NCBI GenBank assembly: GCA_951406725.2
Contig: OX597837.1
Location: forward strand, 2,790,001 to 2,854,000
Source: Octopus vulgaris
Lineage: Eukaryota
DNA: 64,000 nucleotides
Direction of reading: 5' to 3'
Made by a program: the position numbers and the translations under genes. The notes beneath the pieces are model-generated. The model searched no databases. It saw only the letters and a program-made list of their open reading frames with translations, and was not told the DNA's origin. This document shows, in pieces, positions 62,201-64,000 of this stretch. Every line of letters starts with the position of its first letter. Positions within the stretch are counted from its first letter, which is position 1.

Positions 62201-63079
62201 GTTAGGAAGGGCATCCAGCTGTAGAAACACTGTCAGATCAGACTGGAGCCTGGTGCAGCCTCCTGGCTTCCTAGACCTCGGTCGAACCATCCGACCATGC
62301 TAGCATGGAAAACGGACGTTAAACGATGATGATAATAATGGATGCAGAAAATCCTAAGAGCAAACCAACACGCTCATGGCATTACCACAGGTGATGACGA
62401 GGGTAAGACTTCGGAATAGCAAAGAATCCTCTCCGGCATCACTTAGCAACTCAGTAAGGTGACATCATAACTAATTTTGCCTAGTGGTTTATTATTTACA
62501 TTTTCACCTGCCAATAATATATATCTTATTAATATTCTAAAGATTAAAGAGATTCTCTTGGAAAATGTTTTTAAAACGTATGTATTATATCTGGTTTCAA
62601 TATTTTACTTTTAAGAAAAGTTAAACCTCGCATATTTTTGGTTTGAACGGCAGTTTTTTCTAGCGGTGTCATATGAAATTGTCACCCATAATTATGACCC
62701 TAGTAACGATCTATTGCATTTCAATCTGTTTTAGGGTTAGGGTTAGAGGTCGGGGGAAGGGTATATTTTTTATTCACAAATGTAAATAAACCCAATCTGT
62801 TTCTTAAACGAAGGACATATTCATACGGCACAGAATGGGTTGTTTTTTTATACCTCAATAGACGTCATTGATTGGTTGAAATTGCAGAAATTAAAGAAAA
62901 AAAAAACAATAAATATCTTACAAACTATAGAATTTTCTCAATAAAGCCAAGAGAAAAAGATGTTTTATAAACACATTCTACCAGTATACGAAGTTTAAAA
63001 GCGTTTAGTTATGTGGAAATTATTTTTAAAAACTGCCGGTCAAACCGAAAAGATCGTAAACGTCTACAAGAAACATTGT

Positions 63080-63335
63080 GTGCAGACATCTGCAAGTGAA
63101 CGCTAGCGTTGCAGTTGTAATATTTGGATACGAAAGTGCGGCGATGGGCTTATCATTCAGCTTCAGTTGTTTGTGGTGAGATACTGGGAATTTATTCTTG
63201 GAGATCCGACGAGCGACTGGAATGGTGTGGAATGCAGCAAATAAAACGTTGGTAAATCTCGTTCTGACTGTCAGATATTTAGTTTATTGAAGACATACAA
63301 CAGACATTGTCTACATCTGAAAACGGTAAGTTGAT
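63080..63335 (+). promoter_or_regulatory. Putative promoter/non-coding exon 1 of a seventh ZNF paralogue beyond the window; donor at 63326
   Basis: gatacgaaagtgcggc...tcagcttcagttg; ctacatctgaaaacg|gtaagttg plus the conserved intron start. Confidence 0.6.
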
Positions 63336-64000
63336 GAACATCTATTTTAATGCTGTAATAACGTATTTAAATAACAGAATCGTGTTTCACTTGGTTGATT
63401 AAGGTGATTATATATTTCTTTACTACCCTCAAGGGGCCAAACACAGAGGGGACAAACAAATGAATTAAGACGATTACATCGACCCAGTACGAAGCTGATA
63501 CTTTATTTATCGACCCAGAGAGGATGAAAGGCAAAGTCGACTTCGGCGGAATTTGAACTCAGAACATAAAGACAGATGAAATACCTATTTCTTTATTACC
63601 CACAAGGGGCTAAACATAGAGGGGACAAACAAGGACAGGCAAACGGATTAAGTCGATTATATCGACCCCAGTGCGAAACTGGTACTTTATTTATCGACCC
63701 CGAAAGGATGAAAGGCAAAGTTGACCTCGGCGGAATTTGAACTCAGAACGTAACGACATGGTAATTATACTGAAGTGAACGACGACGGAGTTCCGATCAA
63801 AGAATGCCATTTAACCCGTTGGCCAGTTACAGATTCTTGATCGATGCACATTTTGTAACTTGTCTTAACATTTTTAGCTTTTGGTGGTTTCAGGAATTTT
63901 TTGTGTTCTGCAAACTCTATCTCCTGCGATGAAGCAAAAAAAAAAAAAAAGAGAAAAAATTGGGCGTAACTTCGGTATAGGTACCGGATACATTTCAAGA

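Overview
AT-rich eukaryotic (animal) genomic DNA. The SINE repertoire and gene architecture strongly suggest a coleoid cephalopod (Octopus-like); this is an inference, not a database match. The backbone is a head-to-tail tandem cluster of C2H2 zinc-finger genes, all on the + strand and about 8-12 kb apart. It contains six intact single-coding-exon genes (10-22 fingers, no recognisable KRAB/SCAN/ZAD/BTB domain), the decayed 3' tail of an upstream paralogue and the promoter/first exon of a downstream paralogue. Each gene appears to have a non-coding exon 1, a repeat-filled intron and a large exon 2, followed by decaying finger remnants in the 3' UTR. The spacers are full of mobile DNA: four SINE families; HERO, RTE, CR1 and L1/Tx1 LINE fragments; Gypsy fragments; Helitron/HINE elements; a Tc1/mariner fossil; and piggyBac-, hAT- and Merlin-type MITEs. 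The most unusual signals are: (1) a 2.7-kb Merlin (IS1595-family) transposon whose ~900-bp inverted arms include the 3' third of its own transposase, a fold-back 'Mu-killer-like' structure with a perfect 8-bp TSD; (2) three type-I hammerhead ribozyme motifs, two in the loops of Penelope-like inverted repeats (one with a compensatory U3-A8 core, one in sense in a ZNF 3' UTR) and one antisense at a ZNF promoter; (3) Merlin-type MITEs concentrated at ZNF promoters, including apparently independent insertion at the same paralogous nucleotide of two genes. Coordinates were read by eye and repeat boundaries are approximate.
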